The position numbers and the translations under genes are program-made. A stretch of DNA of 58,560 nucleotides from a virus (Duplodnaviria > Caudoviricetes), in the IMG/VR virus record IMGVR_UViG_3300009170_000007, positions 1 through 58,560 of that record; one strand, given 5' to 3'. Below, piece by piece: positions 36,821 through 47,496 of this stretch. Position 1 is the stretch's first letter, and the number at the start of each line of letters is the position of its first letter. The notes beneath the pieces are model-generated. The model was given only the letters and a program-made list of their open reading frames with translations, was not told where the DNA came from and made no database searches.

Positions 36821-39800
36821 CTAGTAATGCAACAAAAGAAACTCAATATCATCTTCTTCATCGAGTTCGGATTGTGCTTCATCCCGAATACGTTGATATT
36901 GTACCCCATCGTTCGAGATTTGTAAATAAGTCTCGTTGATCTTAGCGTAAATCTTTTCCCACGGATCATCAGGGGAGACTATATGTGGAGTGTAGGTTCG
37001 TGCGGAACGTACAGGAACTGCCGTAACGGGCTTCTGAGGCTTTACCTTACGAGTCTTGGGTGTTGTTATAACCGGTGGAGGTTCACTTACTACTTTGCGT
37101 TTTGCGTCTTCCTCTAGAGCTTTTGCCTGGAGCTCTTCAACGAACTCACGCGGTAATTTAGTCTGTACTGGCTTCCAAACATTGCTGCGAGCCAGACGAC
37201 TAACCCCGGATTGTCCTTGACTAGCCGCGTCACCGCTATTGATGATTATAGCGGAACCACCAGTCAGGTTGTACTCACCGCCAGCAGTTTGAAGATACTT
37301 ACTCTTCAGGAGAGTGGAATTTGCTCCGATCAAGTCATAACTACCACCCAGAGCAATGAGGGTGTAATTTACTACCTTAGTGATTATCGCTTGACTACCG
37401 GTAACGGAGTATGCACCGCCAGAACTTTGAATGTACTTGCTTCTCAGCAAGGTGGCACTAGCGCCGGTCAAGGTGTAGCTGCCACCAGAAGCTTGAATCC
37501 GCTTAGACCGCAGGAGGGTAGCTGAACTACCTGTCAGGGAGTATGAACCCCCCAGAGCCGTGAGCGTATAGTTCGCTGCTAACGAGGTCCAGGTTAGAAC
37601 TGCGCTCGAGCCTGTCAGGGTGTAGCTGCCGCCCTGAGCGACTACTAACTTAGAACGGAGAAGCGTGGCTGATGCACCAGTTAAGGAATAAGCCCCACCT
37701 TGAGCAGTGAGTACTCTTCCCTTGACTAGGTTCGCGCTAGCACCAGTTAGTGTGTATGAACCACCCGTAGAGACAATACGCTTAGAACGTAAGAGGTTAG
37801 CTGTCCCACCGGTGAGATTGTACGCGCCTCCGGTTGAGACGATACGCTTGCTCTTCAGTAGGTTCGCACTTGCCCCGGTCAGGGCATAAGAACCACCAGT
37901 TGATACAATACGCTTGGAGCGGAGCAGATTCGCAGAGCCACCTGTTAAGCTGTAGGTTCCACCAGTTGCTGTCATGTTTCTATTTCTAGATACAACAGCA
38001 CTTGATCCGGTTACTGAGTACGATCCACCTAGTAGAGTGAACGTATAGTTGACAGAACCTGCGGTCCATGTAAGTACAGCACTGGAACCAGTAAGAGTGT
38101 ACGCTCCTCCTGATGCGGCTACGTACTTGCTTCTCAGCAGGTTTGCTGTTCCACCTGACAGAGAATAAGAGCCACCAGAAGCAGTGAGTTTTCTGTTCCT
38201 AGATAAGTTAGCAGAGCCACCAGTAAGCGTGTATGCTCCACCGGTTGCGGTTAGTTTCCTATTTCTAGATACTACAGCACTGGCACCTGTTAGACTATAT
38301 GAGCCCCCGCTAGACGTTAGTTTTCTATTTCTAGATACTACCGCTGAGGAACCAGTCAGGGCATAGCTACCACCATTAGCAGTTAGTGTATAAGTAGATG
38401 CCGGGGCTGCTACCTTGAATGCTATGACGTGTGTGGTTCTTGGGAAGCTGTTTGTACCATCGGTGAATGTCGCCGTTTGCGCGCCGGTTGCCGAGACATT
38501 CTTGTACTCTGAGGTCAGCATTTGCCGGCTGCCGATCAGGGCGTACCCTGTTCCGGCATTCAGCGTCGTGCTTTCTGCTCCTGACGATCCTGTGTTCTGA
38601 GTCAGACCGATGACAAAATCATTGGCGTTTGTTGTGGCAGCGGTAGCTGATGAAGAAATTCCATCAGTAGCATTACCAGGTGCTGCCTGATACTGATTTG
38701 CCGCTCTATCCTCTGCTGAGGTTGTGGCGAGTCCTGCGACCTCCACCAAGAGCAATCGGCGAAAAGGAACAGCCGTACTGAACGTGGCGGTTACTGTGTG
38801 GCTTCCCGATCCAGCATTAAGCAAGTAGAAGGCATTTGAATTCTGCGAATTACCTGTGTCACGGCATCTACCGTCCGCCGACTGCGTATAGGATGTACCG
38901 TCGCTAACCGTAACTGTTACTGTAGAACCACCGCCGTCGCCAACAAAGGCGATGATCGCGCTGCCTGCGGCTACACCCGTGATCGTTGTGGCTATGGTTG
39001 TGGTACTTGTTGCGTTGTCTCCACTACCCTCATAGACGCTTTGGAGGACTGTGCCACCTGCTGCTGCCTTTGTCAGAATGGCACTAGAACCAGTCAGTGA
39101 GTATGAACCGCCTGATGCTACTAGTTTTTTACTTCTCAGTAAAGATGCAGTACCACCAGTTACAGAATAAGAACCGCCCTGTGCAGTTAGTGAGTAGTTA
39201 TTAACCGCAGGTCGTAGAGCAATCGTATAGGCCGCCCAAGAATCCACCGCATTAGTTGTGCCGCCAGTGTATTGTGCCGGATCGACCGCACCGCTTGTCC
39301 AGCCTGACCAGTAGCCGGAACCAACCATAGCATCGTTGGTATCTGCGGTGAAGCCCGTCAGGAAGTTGGTCGTGAAGTTGGCCGGCGCAGTGTAGGCCGC
39401 ACCGGTGGCCGCTGCGCCACCACCACAGATGACCACCCAAGCGCCGGCTGTCGTCGGGGTGATCGAGCCGGGATTGGGCCTGCCTGTTGCCGTGCCAGTA
39501 GCAGAGACCGCAGCCACATCGAGCGGGTTGGTTGGATCAACCCCACGAAACACCTGAATCGTGTAACGCTGGGCGTCCGCCACATTGCCCGTCGAGGGCA
39601 GCGTGAAGGTGGTATTCGGCGTGGCCGGCATGAACTTCCGCGACACGTTGAGACTTGTGTCGTAGGTCGTCGTGTTCGGGTTGAGTTGCCCGAGCGCCGT
39701 CCAAGTGGCGGGGGCGGTGATCGCCTGTGCGGGATTGCGGCCCTGTGAGCCGACAATCGCCGTGATGATGACGAGATCGCCCGCCGCTGGGACAGAGGCT

Positions 39801-39889
39801 AAGCCGCCCGTCAGGGCATAGGTAACGGTCGTGGTGGAATTTGCCCCAGCACGACCAGCGACCTGCCCACCGACGTATTGAATAGCCAT
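36821..39889 (-). CDS. Large repeat-containing virion protein (fibre/adhesin-like)
   Basis: Two beta-sandwich-like domains plus about 19 copies of a ~22-aa GG[SA]Y.LTG repeat. Confidence 0.75.
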   Translation of the reverse strand: MAIQYVGGQVAGRAGANSTTTVTYALTGGLASVPAAGDLVIITAIVGSQGRNPAQAITAPATWTALGQLNPNTTTYDTSLNVSRKFMPATPNTTFTLPSTGNVADAQRYTIQVFRGVDPTNPLDVAAVSATGTATGRPNPGSITPTTAGAWVVICGGGAAATGAAYTAPANFTTNFLTGFTADTNDAMVGSGYWSGWTSGAVDPAQYTGGTTNAVDSWAAYTIALRPAVNNYSLTAQGGSYSVTGGTASLLRSKKLVASGGSYSLTGSSAILTKAAAGGTVLQSVYEGSGDNATSTTTIATTITGVAAGSAIIAFVGDGGGSTVTVTVSDGTSYTQSADGRCRDTGNSQNSNAFYLLNAGSGSHTVTATFSTAVPFRRLLLVEVAGLATTSAEDRAANQYQAAPGNATDGISSSATAATTNANDFVIGLTQNTGSSGAESTTLNAGTGYALIGSRQMLTSEYKNVSATGAQTATFTDGTNSFPRTTHVIAFKVAAPASTYTLTANGGSYALTGSSAVVSRNRKLTSSGGSYSLTGASAVVSRNRKLTATGGAYTLTGGSANLSRNRKLTASGGSYSLSGGTANLLRSKYVAASGGAYTLTGSSAVLTWTAGSVNYTFTLLGGSYSVTGSSAVVSRNRNMTATGGTYSLTGGSANLLRSKRIVSTGGSYALTGASANLLKSKRIVSTGGAYNLTGGTANLLRSKRIVSTGGSYTLTGASANLVKGRVLTAQGGAYSLTGASATLLRSKLVVAQGGSYTLTGSSAVLTWTSLAANYTLTALGGSYSLTGSSATLLRSKRIQASGGSYTLTGASATLLRSKYIQSSGGAYSVTGSQAIITKVVNYTLIALGGSYDLIGANSTLLKSKYLQTAGGEYNLTGGSAIIINSGDAASQGQSGVSRLARSNVWKPVQTKLPREFVEELQAKALEEDAKRKVVSEPPPVITTPKTRKVKPQKPVTAVPVRSARTYTPHIVSPDDPWEKIYAKINETYLQISNDGVQYQRIRDEAQSELDEEDDIEFLLLHY

Positions 39890-39906
39890 GAACGGCTACC
39901 TACGGA

Positions 39907-40341
39907 TTAGGTGATCTTGAACACACCGACAGTGGCGGTTTGGTCTAGGTCAACCGTAACGGTCTCACCTGCGGCAACCGCTTGACTTGAACCATAGTCC
40001 CAGTAAGCTACGTTAGTACCACCAGCGCCCTGAGTCACGGTCTTGTTGACGAGAATTGCGTATCGGAATGTAAAGCCACCGGCAGATGCTGTCCATACGG
40101 CAGGGTCCGCTAGAACAAGGACAAAGTCTGACCCATTCATACTCGAGGAGGTTGTACTCACGTTGTTACCCCCTGCGGTGTAACCACCAGAAGTAGCAAG
40201 GTCCGTAGTACCAGCAGTGAAGACCTTTGAACCGGGTACTGTATTGGTAAGAGCGATGGCCCATTGGTCAGTACCACAGTTGATACCTTCGGCCAGATCT
40301 TCATTGGCAGCGGTGACTTTTACGTAAGAGGCGGTAGGCAT
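39907..40341 (-). CDS. Virion structural protein, partner of repeat protein
   Basis: GYTAGG, WTAS.GG..FRYAIL, YWDYGS, GETVTVD; AAGGA RBS. Confidence 0.7.
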   Translation of the reverse strand: MPTASYVKVTAANEDLAEGINCGTDQWAIALTNTVPGSKVFTAGTTDLATSGGYTAGGNNVSTTSSSMNGSDFVLVLADPAVWTASAGGFTFRYAILVNKTVTQGAGGTNVAYWDYGSSQAVAAGETVTVDLDQTATVGVFKIT

Positions 40342-40353
40342 GGTAATTCCTTT

Positions 40354-43179
40354 TTAGTGAGGTTTGATGACTTTGCGAATCCCAACAGCTTTACCCCGTT
40401 CGTCACGAACGAGTTCGGCAGGGGCAGACAGGTGTTCCAATGCGACTTGAAGGGTGGAAGTGATTGGACCTATGGCTTCACTCAGTTTCTTGGTACCAAT
40501 TGAATCTAGCATCTCTGCCATCTTTTGGAACTGCTCAGTGAAGTCGGTTGGTGCTGGCGGAGCCGCTTGTGCTGCTTGGGTCTGGGCCATCGCGTTCATT
40601 TGGTTTTTCATCATCTCAATTTCACGCTTCGTTTCATTGTCGTCGTGGTTCTTGAGAAGTTCGGTCATTTGTTTCTGATCGTTGTCAGCACGATTCTTCA
40701 CCAACTCGATCTGCTGCACCAACTGATCATTCTGCGAACGCAACTGATTCTCGGTAGTTTTCGCTTGCTCTTCGACCAGGAGTTTTTGTTGCTCAAGCTT
40801 TTGCTCAAACTGCGCGTTACGTGTTTCCATCATCTGGTCGAACTGTTGCTGCTGTTGATCCAGTTGGACTTGCGCCGCGTCCGTGGCTTGTTTCGCTTGT
40901 TGTTCCGCTTGACTGTTTGCCAGCGTGGCTTGGTCGAGCTGAACTTTCCGCTGATTCTCCATCTGGGCGATTTGCAACGTCGCCTGAATCTCGGGAGGCA
41001 TCGGGGGTTGAGGAATACGCTTTTGAACCTCAGGCTGTATTTGAGTTACCTGTTGAATCAATGGGCCAAGCTGTGAAGCTAGTTCTTGTTGAACCTGAGT
41101 TATAGCTTGAGCCATAACCTGATCAGGCTGAGGGCTAGGCGGCGGAGGTATTCCCATCATAGTAGCTTGCTGAACCATTTGCTGATGTTGCTGCATTAGC
41201 TGCTGAGCTACTCGCATAGTCATTTGGCTTTCAAGCATTTGCATATGCTGACCCATATGATTTAGTATAACCATTAGGCCTTGAGCCGGAACTAGGGGAT
41301 TGTGCAACTGCAGTGGACTGGAAACAAAAGCCAAGTGACCCATCAGATGACTTAAGTGATCCTGCTGGGGATTTGCCAGGACCTGATTGCCCGCTACGGC
41401 GGCCGCGTTTTCCGAACTGGGGTCAGCAGTAACCGGTTTCGGTGAAGGAGGCAGCAGTTCTTCTGGGTTATCCACCCGCATCTGCTTAAGAGCTCTGCGG
41501 TAAAGAGCTTCCTTGTTCCACTTGACAGATTGGTCCTGAGACATCTGGACCATAGCTTGAATCTGAGCGAATCGCTGAGCTTCACTAAAGATAGAAGGAT
41601 CAGAGACAGGGACAACGTCGATTGATCCCTTAAAGTCATCAGAAGAAATAGCTCGAGGATCCGGGTTCTGAGGATCCGCTGGAGGCATGAAGGTAGCATT
41701 GATCCGATGAAGGATACTTAGGGCTTTCTTCTGACTGTAGTGCAACCGAGCGTGGATGGCCGAGTAGGTAGTGCTTCCTTGCTCGATGAGGGCCATCGTA
41801 GTGCCGACCGGAGTGCGGTCACCCACCTGTGACATCTTCTCTTCAGAAGTAGCGACAACCCCTTTAGCCAACCCATACAAGTCTCCCATCAACTGTGCCA
41901 GGACAGGGGACGGGGGATTGAACGGCATGGGCATGGCAAGCTTGCGAACGTCGTCGATGCCCGCCGGACCTTCGATGTCACAAACCTGAGTGACGTTGAC
42001 CGAGGTATTCTGACCCACCACACGACCACTCTTGAGCTTGAGCATGGTCGCGGCGTTGTTGATGTGGGCGCTGTCTAGCAGTGCGCGAAGCGCTCCGGTG
42101 AGTGCGGCAGACAACCCACCAATCAGGTGAGGCAGTCCGATACCATAAGCCCCCCGCCAGGGGATAAAGACCCATTCAACGAACCAGTCTAGCTTGGTAA
42201 AGAGTGGGTCGCCCTCTTCCCAGTTGCGGTAGATCGCTAGAACTTCTTCGGTATCTTCATCGATGGTGATAATGTAAGGGGCATACTCTCCTTCAGCTAC
42301 GGTATCATCTTCAATGACCTGCCAAGTATAGATCTCCAGAATGGCCCGTAGCCCATCATCGTTATACCCATCATCTTCTCGACCTTCGATCTTATCATTG
42401 GCCATAGCTGTAGCGCTACGGTCAGGGATAGATCCAGTGGAAGAGTCAAAGATATCTGCGTACAAGCCAGATTTGACCCGCTCTTCAAACTCATACTTGT
42501 TAATAAGCTGGCGATGAGTGGCCCGAGGAGCGGTATAAAAGCAGTTCGAAGAGAATGGGAGAAGAATTTCATCGACCGGAACAAACTCCACTCTCGGGCG
42601 TTTGAACCTCTCATCGAACCAAAACTTTTGGAATTGACTACCACCCATGGGTAGTTGAGTAAGCAGCTGTTCCAGTGACGGTCGGTACTCTTCCATTTGA
42701 GTAGTCAACTGCCAATTCATGTACTCGACTTTCCTGTCCGATCGCTCAATTACCTCGGGTGACAGGATGTCGGTGAACTGTTGACGTCTTACTGGGCCAG
42801 TGGCGGGGAAAAGCTCCTTAATGGCTCGGCCTGAGAAATCCACGCAGGCTTCCGCCAAAACCGGGTGAACCACCCGCGAAGCTCCTTCAAACTCGGCACC
42901 GCCTGGAGCATCGTCACCAAGACCGCTACGACGAAGACCTTCTTCATATTGCTTGTCCCTCTTCTTACGAGACTCACCATCTTTCTCCACTTGCTCAGTC
43001 AAAGTGGAGGCTAAATCCTGAAGTACCTGAGAGTCTAAGACGGTGACCAGGTTAACTTGAAAGTTATTGATTTCGTCCAAGACGACTGGTTCGAGTCCGG
43101 GGATCTCAACTGATCCATCGTCATTTTCGACGTAGTCTTCGGGAACTTCACCCAGTGTTAGAGGATCAATGTCAGCCAT
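40354..43179 (-). CDS. Portal protein with long Gln-rich C-terminal barrel
   Basis: HPVLAEAC, YMNWQLT, YGIGLPHLIGG, PVGTTMALIEQG, PVSDP; P22-like coiled-coil tail. Confidence 0.85.
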   Translation of the reverse strand: MADIDPLTLGEVPEDYVENDDGSVEIPGLEPVVLDEINNFQVNLVTVLDSQVLQDLASTLTEQVEKDGESRKKRDKQYEEGLRRSGLGDDAPGGAEFEGASRVVHPVLAEACVDFSGRAIKELFPATGPVRRQQFTDILSPEVIERSDRKVEYMNWQLTTQMEEYRPSLEQLLTQLPMGGSQFQKFWFDERFKRPRVEFVPVDEILLPFSSNCFYTAPRATHRQLINKYEFEERVKSGLYADIFDSSTGSIPDRSATAMANDKIEGREDDGYNDDGLRAILEIYTWQVIEDDTVAEGEYAPYIITIDEDTEEVLAIYRNWEEGDPLFTKLDWFVEWVFIPWRGAYGIGLPHLIGGLSAALTGALRALLDSAHINNAATMLKLKSGRVVGQNTSVNVTQVCDIEGPAGIDDVRKLAMPMPFNPPSPVLAQLMGDLYGLAKGVVATSEEKMSQVGDRTPVGTTMALIEQGSTTYSAIHARLHYSQKKALSILHRINATFMPPADPQNPDPRAISSDDFKGSIDVVPVSDPSIFSEAQRFAQIQAMVQMSQDQSVKWNKEALYRRALKQMRVDNPEELLPPSPKPVTADPSSENAAAVAGNQVLANPQQDHLSHLMGHLAFVSSPLQLHNPLVPAQGLMVILNHMGQHMQMLESQMTMRVAQQLMQQHQQMVQQATMMGIPPPPSPQPDQVMAQAITQVQQELASQLGPLIQQVTQIQPEVQKRIPQPPMPPEIQATLQIAQMENQRKVQLDQATLANSQAEQQAKQATDAAQVQLDQQQQQFDQMMETRNAQFEQKLEQQKLLVEEQAKTTENQLRSQNDQLVQQIELVKNRADNDQKQMTELLKNHDDNETKREIEMMKNQMNAMAQTQAAQAAPPAPTDFTEQFQKMAEMLDSIGTKKLSEAIGPITSTLQVALEHLSAPAELVRDERGKAVGIRKVIKPH

Positions 43180-43243
43180 GGTTTCTTTCCGGAGATAAGG
43201 TATTATACAGCGATTTTCAAGCCGGGAGTGACCTTGAAATTAG

Positions 43244-45502
43244 TTACTTCAAAAACAACTCAAGATCGTCGAAATGTCCTTCAGGATAGTTTTTCACTAA
43301 TCCCCCTTCAGCATACCGTTGATTTGGCTCCCAATCACCAGTCATACGGTTTTGTCGAATCCCACCATAATGTTCATCCCGGACTTGGCCCCAACCCATA
43401 TTTGACTTCAAGTGCTCAGGAGGGTTGTTGATAAAGTCCAGCAAGTGTGGGACGGCGGTTGGATCGATCTGTTCGTTACTCTGTCCCTTGATCTGGCCTA
43501 TCTCGGCTGGCTTTTGACGGTAGTAGTTATACAGCCTTTGAGCTCGAGATTGAGCCGCTAATGACGGGTGGTTATCTTTCAACCATTCCACCATATCAAC
43601 CGGGGTAGGGTCCACACCCTCTGGTAGTATATTAGCCAGCTCCTGGTACATGGTCTTTTCCAGGTCGGAATTAAGTCCCACCATCTCATCTATCTGTTCT
43701 AAGTCGGGTATGTCCCAGCCCCGAGGATTAGACTTCGGATACACCGAAATAGTGGCTTTAGGCTTCCCTGAGGGGTCCCAAATTGAGTAAATTTCCTGTT
43801 CACCTCTAGCCACCGCTTCGCAGTATCGACCAACGCAGTGACCCATGCGATTTCCTTCAATAGCTAATTGACCCGCCAGATAAGCCTTCTCAGGAGTGTC
43901 ATGGAATATCTCTTCCTCTCCCCTATGCGGGTCTATTAACATGACCGGCTCTCCTTTAGAGTCAAGTGGAGAGAAAGTTCCGTCATCATTCGTTCGAATC
44001 TTGACTCCTTCAGGGACCTTTTCTGGCAGCTTGTATTGGATCAAAGAGTGGCCTTCAGGAAACTCTCGAATGGTGTTGGAGTAACGGCGAGCCAACTCAG
44101 CCTCTTCTGACGCTAGCTTAGCCTGGGCGATTTTGTCGGCTTCACGAGCATCATGCATAGCTCGAACGGCAGCTTCAACCGAGAAGTTACCAGACTTTAG
44201 TTGCTGGGGAGTGATTATTCCTTCTTCGAGGGCATTCCTAATCCATAGAGGGATTTCTTCCAGTCCGGTGTCCTGAGTCATGTGGGTAGGGTAACCAAAC
44301 CCATACACTTTATCGTCATCCTGGAGATTGCTCAACCATTTAGCGTCATCCTTATAGAACTTCTCATAACGGCGTTGAATTTCGGCTTCAGCCTTGGCTA
44401 GAGCCTCCTCTTCGGTGTGACCCAGAGTGTAATCCATGGGGGTGGCCAAAGCGGATTTTCCTCCTTCTCCCGGCCTTATCCAGATGTCCCCATTTGGCAG
44501 AGGGTGGCTCAAATTATAAGCTCCGGGACCGCCATTAGGACTTGGAATCATGTGAGGACGCTTAAGGTCTTTCCCGTAGTTGTCCATGATTGAGCTGTCG
44601 GTTGCGAACTCAAAGGCTTTAGCCGCGGGAGTTTTCCCGATCAACCCGATGTTAGGGTGCACATCTGTCCCATGGGCATTAACTTTACTGGCATCCAGAC
44701 CTATATCATTGAACTCTTTTCCTTCATTTAGCAGTCGAAGAATAGGGTCATTATCCGTTCCTAAGTCGCGCTTAAGGTACTTGGTGAATGGGCCATTTAT
44801 CCAGTCATTTACCGCTCGAGCATTTAAGATCTCTTTAACCTCTCGGGAATCGAATATCTCACCAGTACTTCGGTGCAACATCCACCCTTGATGATTAGCA
44901 TCTTCATATGGAACTATATCTGGATGTAACTGCCAAGCCCCCCTATGATTCACGGAGGAAAGGGCTTGTTCGATGTCCCGATTAAGCCAGTTTCCTCCAC
45001 GCTCTTTGATAATTCCTAGAGCTCCAGCCTGTGGAGAGCCCACCCCATCAGGGAGTCCATGAAGGATACCTAGAATAGAAGCCGCATTAGGGTATTTCTC
45101 TACCAAGGCTCCCATTTTCGCTGGACTGAGGAATAATAGTGGATTGGCTATATTTGCGGCCAACTCCAGTGGGGGGATGTCTGAAGGCTCTTCAATTACT
45201 GACTCGAGGTTAGGAGCTCTGGCTGCATGGGAGAACCTTCGTCTAGCCGAGTTGCCAAGCTCCCCAGGTCGAAGATTCGGGCCACGCTTACCCTGTGCAC
45301 GCTGAATGGTGTTGGTAAGAACGTCTCCAATATCCCCAGCGAAGCCCAGGATCTCCGGACCCCAATTACTGACTCCACGCTTAAGATCTTTCCATCCGGT
45401 GTTGTGTCCAATCGGAAGATCTTGAGTATATGAGCGAGTATGCTCATTCTGCTTTGGTTCAGAAAGCTGCATACTTGCAAGACCGCCTAAAGAAGTTGAC
45501 AT
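43244..45502 (-). CDS. Putative virion-associated protein with PcfJ-like domain
   Basis: EGNRMGHCVG.YC, IYSIWD..GKP.ATI, QIKG..N; ends YAEGGLV. Confidence 0.65.
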   Translation of the reverse strand: MSTSLGGLASMQLSEPKQNEHTRSYTQDLPIGHNTGWKDLKRGVSNWGPEILGFAGDIGDVLTNTIQRAQGKRGPNLRPGELGNSARRRFSHAARAPNLESVIEEPSDIPPLELAANIANPLLFLSPAKMGALVEKYPNAASILGILHGLPDGVGSPQAGALGIIKERGGNWLNRDIEQALSSVNHRGAWQLHPDIVPYEDANHQGWMLHRSTGEIFDSREVKEILNARAVNDWINGPFTKYLKRDLGTDNDPILRLLNEGKEFNDIGLDASKVNAHGTDVHPNIGLIGKTPAAKAFEFATDSSIMDNYGKDLKRPHMIPSPNGGPGAYNLSHPLPNGDIWIRPGEGGKSALATPMDYTLGHTEEEALAKAEAEIQRRYEKFYKDDAKWLSNLQDDDKVYGFGYPTHMTQDTGLEEIPLWIRNALEEGIITPQQLKSGNFSVEAAVRAMHDAREADKIAQAKLASEEAELARRYSNTIREFPEGHSLIQYKLPEKVPEGVKIRTNDDGTFSPLDSKGEPVMLIDPHRGEEEIFHDTPEKAYLAGQLAIEGNRMGHCVGRYCEAVARGEQEIYSIWDPSGKPKATISVYPKSNPRGWDIPDLEQIDEMVGLNSDLEKTMYQELANILPEGVDPTPVDMVEWLKDNHPSLAAQSRAQRLYNYYRQKPAEIGQIKGQSNEQIDPTAVPHLLDFINNPPEHLKSNMGWGQVRDEHYGGIRQNRMTGDWEPNQRYAEGGLVKNYPEGHFDDLELFLK

Positions 45503-45506
45503 TGAA

Positions 45507-46982
45507 TTATCTTCTAAAGTTGTGAAGGTATTTTACCGGAATCTCGTTTTCTTCAACCAGGGGAGTATCCGACTTATCGATCATCCTTTCCAGCATCCGA
45601 CCGGCAATCAACTCGGCCTCATTTTCCCCAGAGTTAGCCCGATAGACTTTATATGCATCACCGGAATGATACCCTAGGTTGGGTGGAGCTTCTCGCTGAA
45701 AGAACTCAGCCGATTTCATAACGTCTTCTGGAGCGAAGTCTCTCAGTCCAGAGTTTAGAATGGAGTGAAGGGACTGAGAATTTTGCCAAGTCTCTCGTAG
45801 CCGGTCAGCTTCGCTTGAGTAGTGTCCAGCTAGTTCCATTGCATCCTGTGGATCAAGCTTTCCCGTCATCAGGTTTTGAAGAGACTGTTGAACAAAGCGT
45901 CTTAGGCTGGGATCTTTGGCCACGTAAGTCGCGGCTACGTTATGGGGATTCGAGCTTGTAACCAGCTCTCTCAAAAACTGAGAACTTAACTCATTTTTGT
46001 CCATTAGCATAGGACGCGAGTTAGAGGCTAGCAGGTCTCCCATGCGACTCTTATTCGTGCCTTGAGTGAATCGTTCAACATCGGCTACGGCGTGTCCTAA
46101 CCCCTCATGCCCAAAAGTATTGATTAACTGACTCTCAAGGATGTGGGGATATTGATTAGTGATGAAGTTTTGATTCGCGGGGCTTAGGTTAGACTGATTC
46201 ACGCCAATTACCATTTGCTTGGCGGATGGGTCATATGAACCGTTACCTAGTAAGACATCATTAGAGTGATGAACCATCATGTTGTCGGATAGCTCAGGGT
46301 AAGCTTTCTTGAACCAATCTTCCAGATTCCAGAGGTCTTGTACTGGTACAAAATTATCCGTAGGCCGCAGATGCTTAGGCTTAAATCCCAGCGTGTCCAT
46401 TTCGGCTCGAGGCTTTAAGTCGAATCCGGTCCAGGTGGTGGAAGATCCAGAGTTTCCCTTCATTCTTGGATCTTCGCCACGAGCCTTTACCTTAGCTGCG
46501 GCATTAAACTCATCTTCCAATCTACGCTGAATGGATGACCGACCCAATTGGTCAGCTCCACGCCTTCCAATTATACCTAATCCACCCGGCAATCCATGAG
46601 CCCCGGCGGCTACGGAGAGTAGAGCTGGATTTGAGGCTAAAGCCAGAGCGCCTTTAGGTCCTACCGCGGCGAATTGCCCTAGTTGCTCTACGGTGGGTTG
46701 CTGAAACTCCTTCGGGAGCTGAGGCAAATGCTTCGTAGCCATATCCTCCGTGGTCGGAAGAAACGACTCTTGAGAACTCCGTTGAAAGTTATTGGCAAAT
46801 GACTCTAGGGTAGGATTCTTTATCCAGGAAGGGATGGTGCGAGCTATGGCTTCAAGATCGCCAGGAGTTCCGAGCGTAGACGCTAAAGCTCCTCTACCCG
46901 CGCTGGCGAGAGTTCCACCCAGTCCTCTTAGGAGTTGAAGTACCCCAAGGTCGGGATTATTACGACCGGTTGCTGCGCCCAC
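45507..46982 (-). CDS. Putative LPD23-like + zincin metallopeptidase protein
   Basis: W.GFD.KPRAE, L.KAYPEL, GSYDP, HEGLGH (HExxxH variant), Y..NSGENEA. Confidence 0.6.
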   Translation of the reverse strand: MGAATGRNNPDLGVLQLLRGLGGTLASAGRGALASTLGTPGDLEAIARTIPSWIKNPTLESFANNFQRSSQESFLPTTEDMATKHLPQLPKEFQQPTVEQLGQFAAVGPKGALALASNPALLSVAAGAHGLPGGLGIIGRRGADQLGRSSIQRRLEDEFNAAAKVKARGEDPRMKGNSGSSTTWTGFDLKPRAEMDTLGFKPKHLRPTDNFVPVQDLWNLEDWFKKAYPELSDNMMVHHSNDVLLGNGSYDPSAKQMVIGVNQSNLSPANQNFITNQYPHILESQLINTFGHEGLGHAVADVERFTQGTNKSRMGDLLASNSRPMLMDKNELSSQFLRELVTSSNPHNVAATYVAKDPSLRRFVQQSLQNLMTGKLDPQDAMELAGHYSSEADRLRETWQNSQSLHSILNSGLRDFAPEDVMKSAEFFQREAPPNLGYHSGDAYKVYRANSGENEAELIAGRMLERMIDKSDTPLVEENEIPVKYLHNFRR

Positions 46983-47496
46983 TACGGCTCCTTCTCATTT
47001 GTACAAGACCCCCGCACTTCTTAGCTTGGGTGATAGACTTAATAATGCTAGGATCGAAAATAGCATACTCTGATCCAAAGTGATTGTATAGGTCTTGCTT
47101 AAGCCCGGTAAGACCAGATTCTACCAGTGCCTGCCTTACTTCCTGAGGGTTGTATGATCTACCCACCAAGAAAGCATTTGGTATGCCTGAGCTAGAAGCC
47201 CTCAATCCAAGACTATCTAGCCCTTTAAGAGCCTGTTGGTAAATCTCTTTATGCTCCTCGGACATCTTTTTCTGTGGCTGAAGGATGCTAGTAGGGTCTA
47301 CCATTAGCTCAGAGAGGGCTGGGTCTTTTCCTCCATACTTTAGATACACCCGAGCCAGGTCGGGATTATCCCCAGCATAGAGTCCGGGGCCTTGAGCTAA
47401 GTACCTCATTCCTTCACCCGACCCGACGGTCTTAGGATCCCATTTCTCGAACTTACGCCCCCCATGGAAGAGCTTCAAGAGTTCAAGTGGACCCAC
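46960..47496 (-). CDS. Putative ADP-ribosyltransferase (ART-PolyVal-like)
   Basis: FHGG..F..WD....GSGEG....GPGLY......A..Y; EYAIFDP; GTG start at 47496 with AAGGAG RBS; ends KKCGGLV. Confidence 0.7.
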   Translation of the reverse strand: MGPLELLKLFHGGRKFEKWDPKTVGSGEGMRYLAQGPGLYAGDNPDLARVYLKYGGKDPALSELMVDPTSILQPQKKMSEEHKEIYQQALKGLDSLGLRASSSGIPNAFLVGRSYNPQEVRQALVESGLTGLKQDLYNHFGSEYAIFDPSIIKSITQAKKCGGLVQMRRSRSGRSNRS

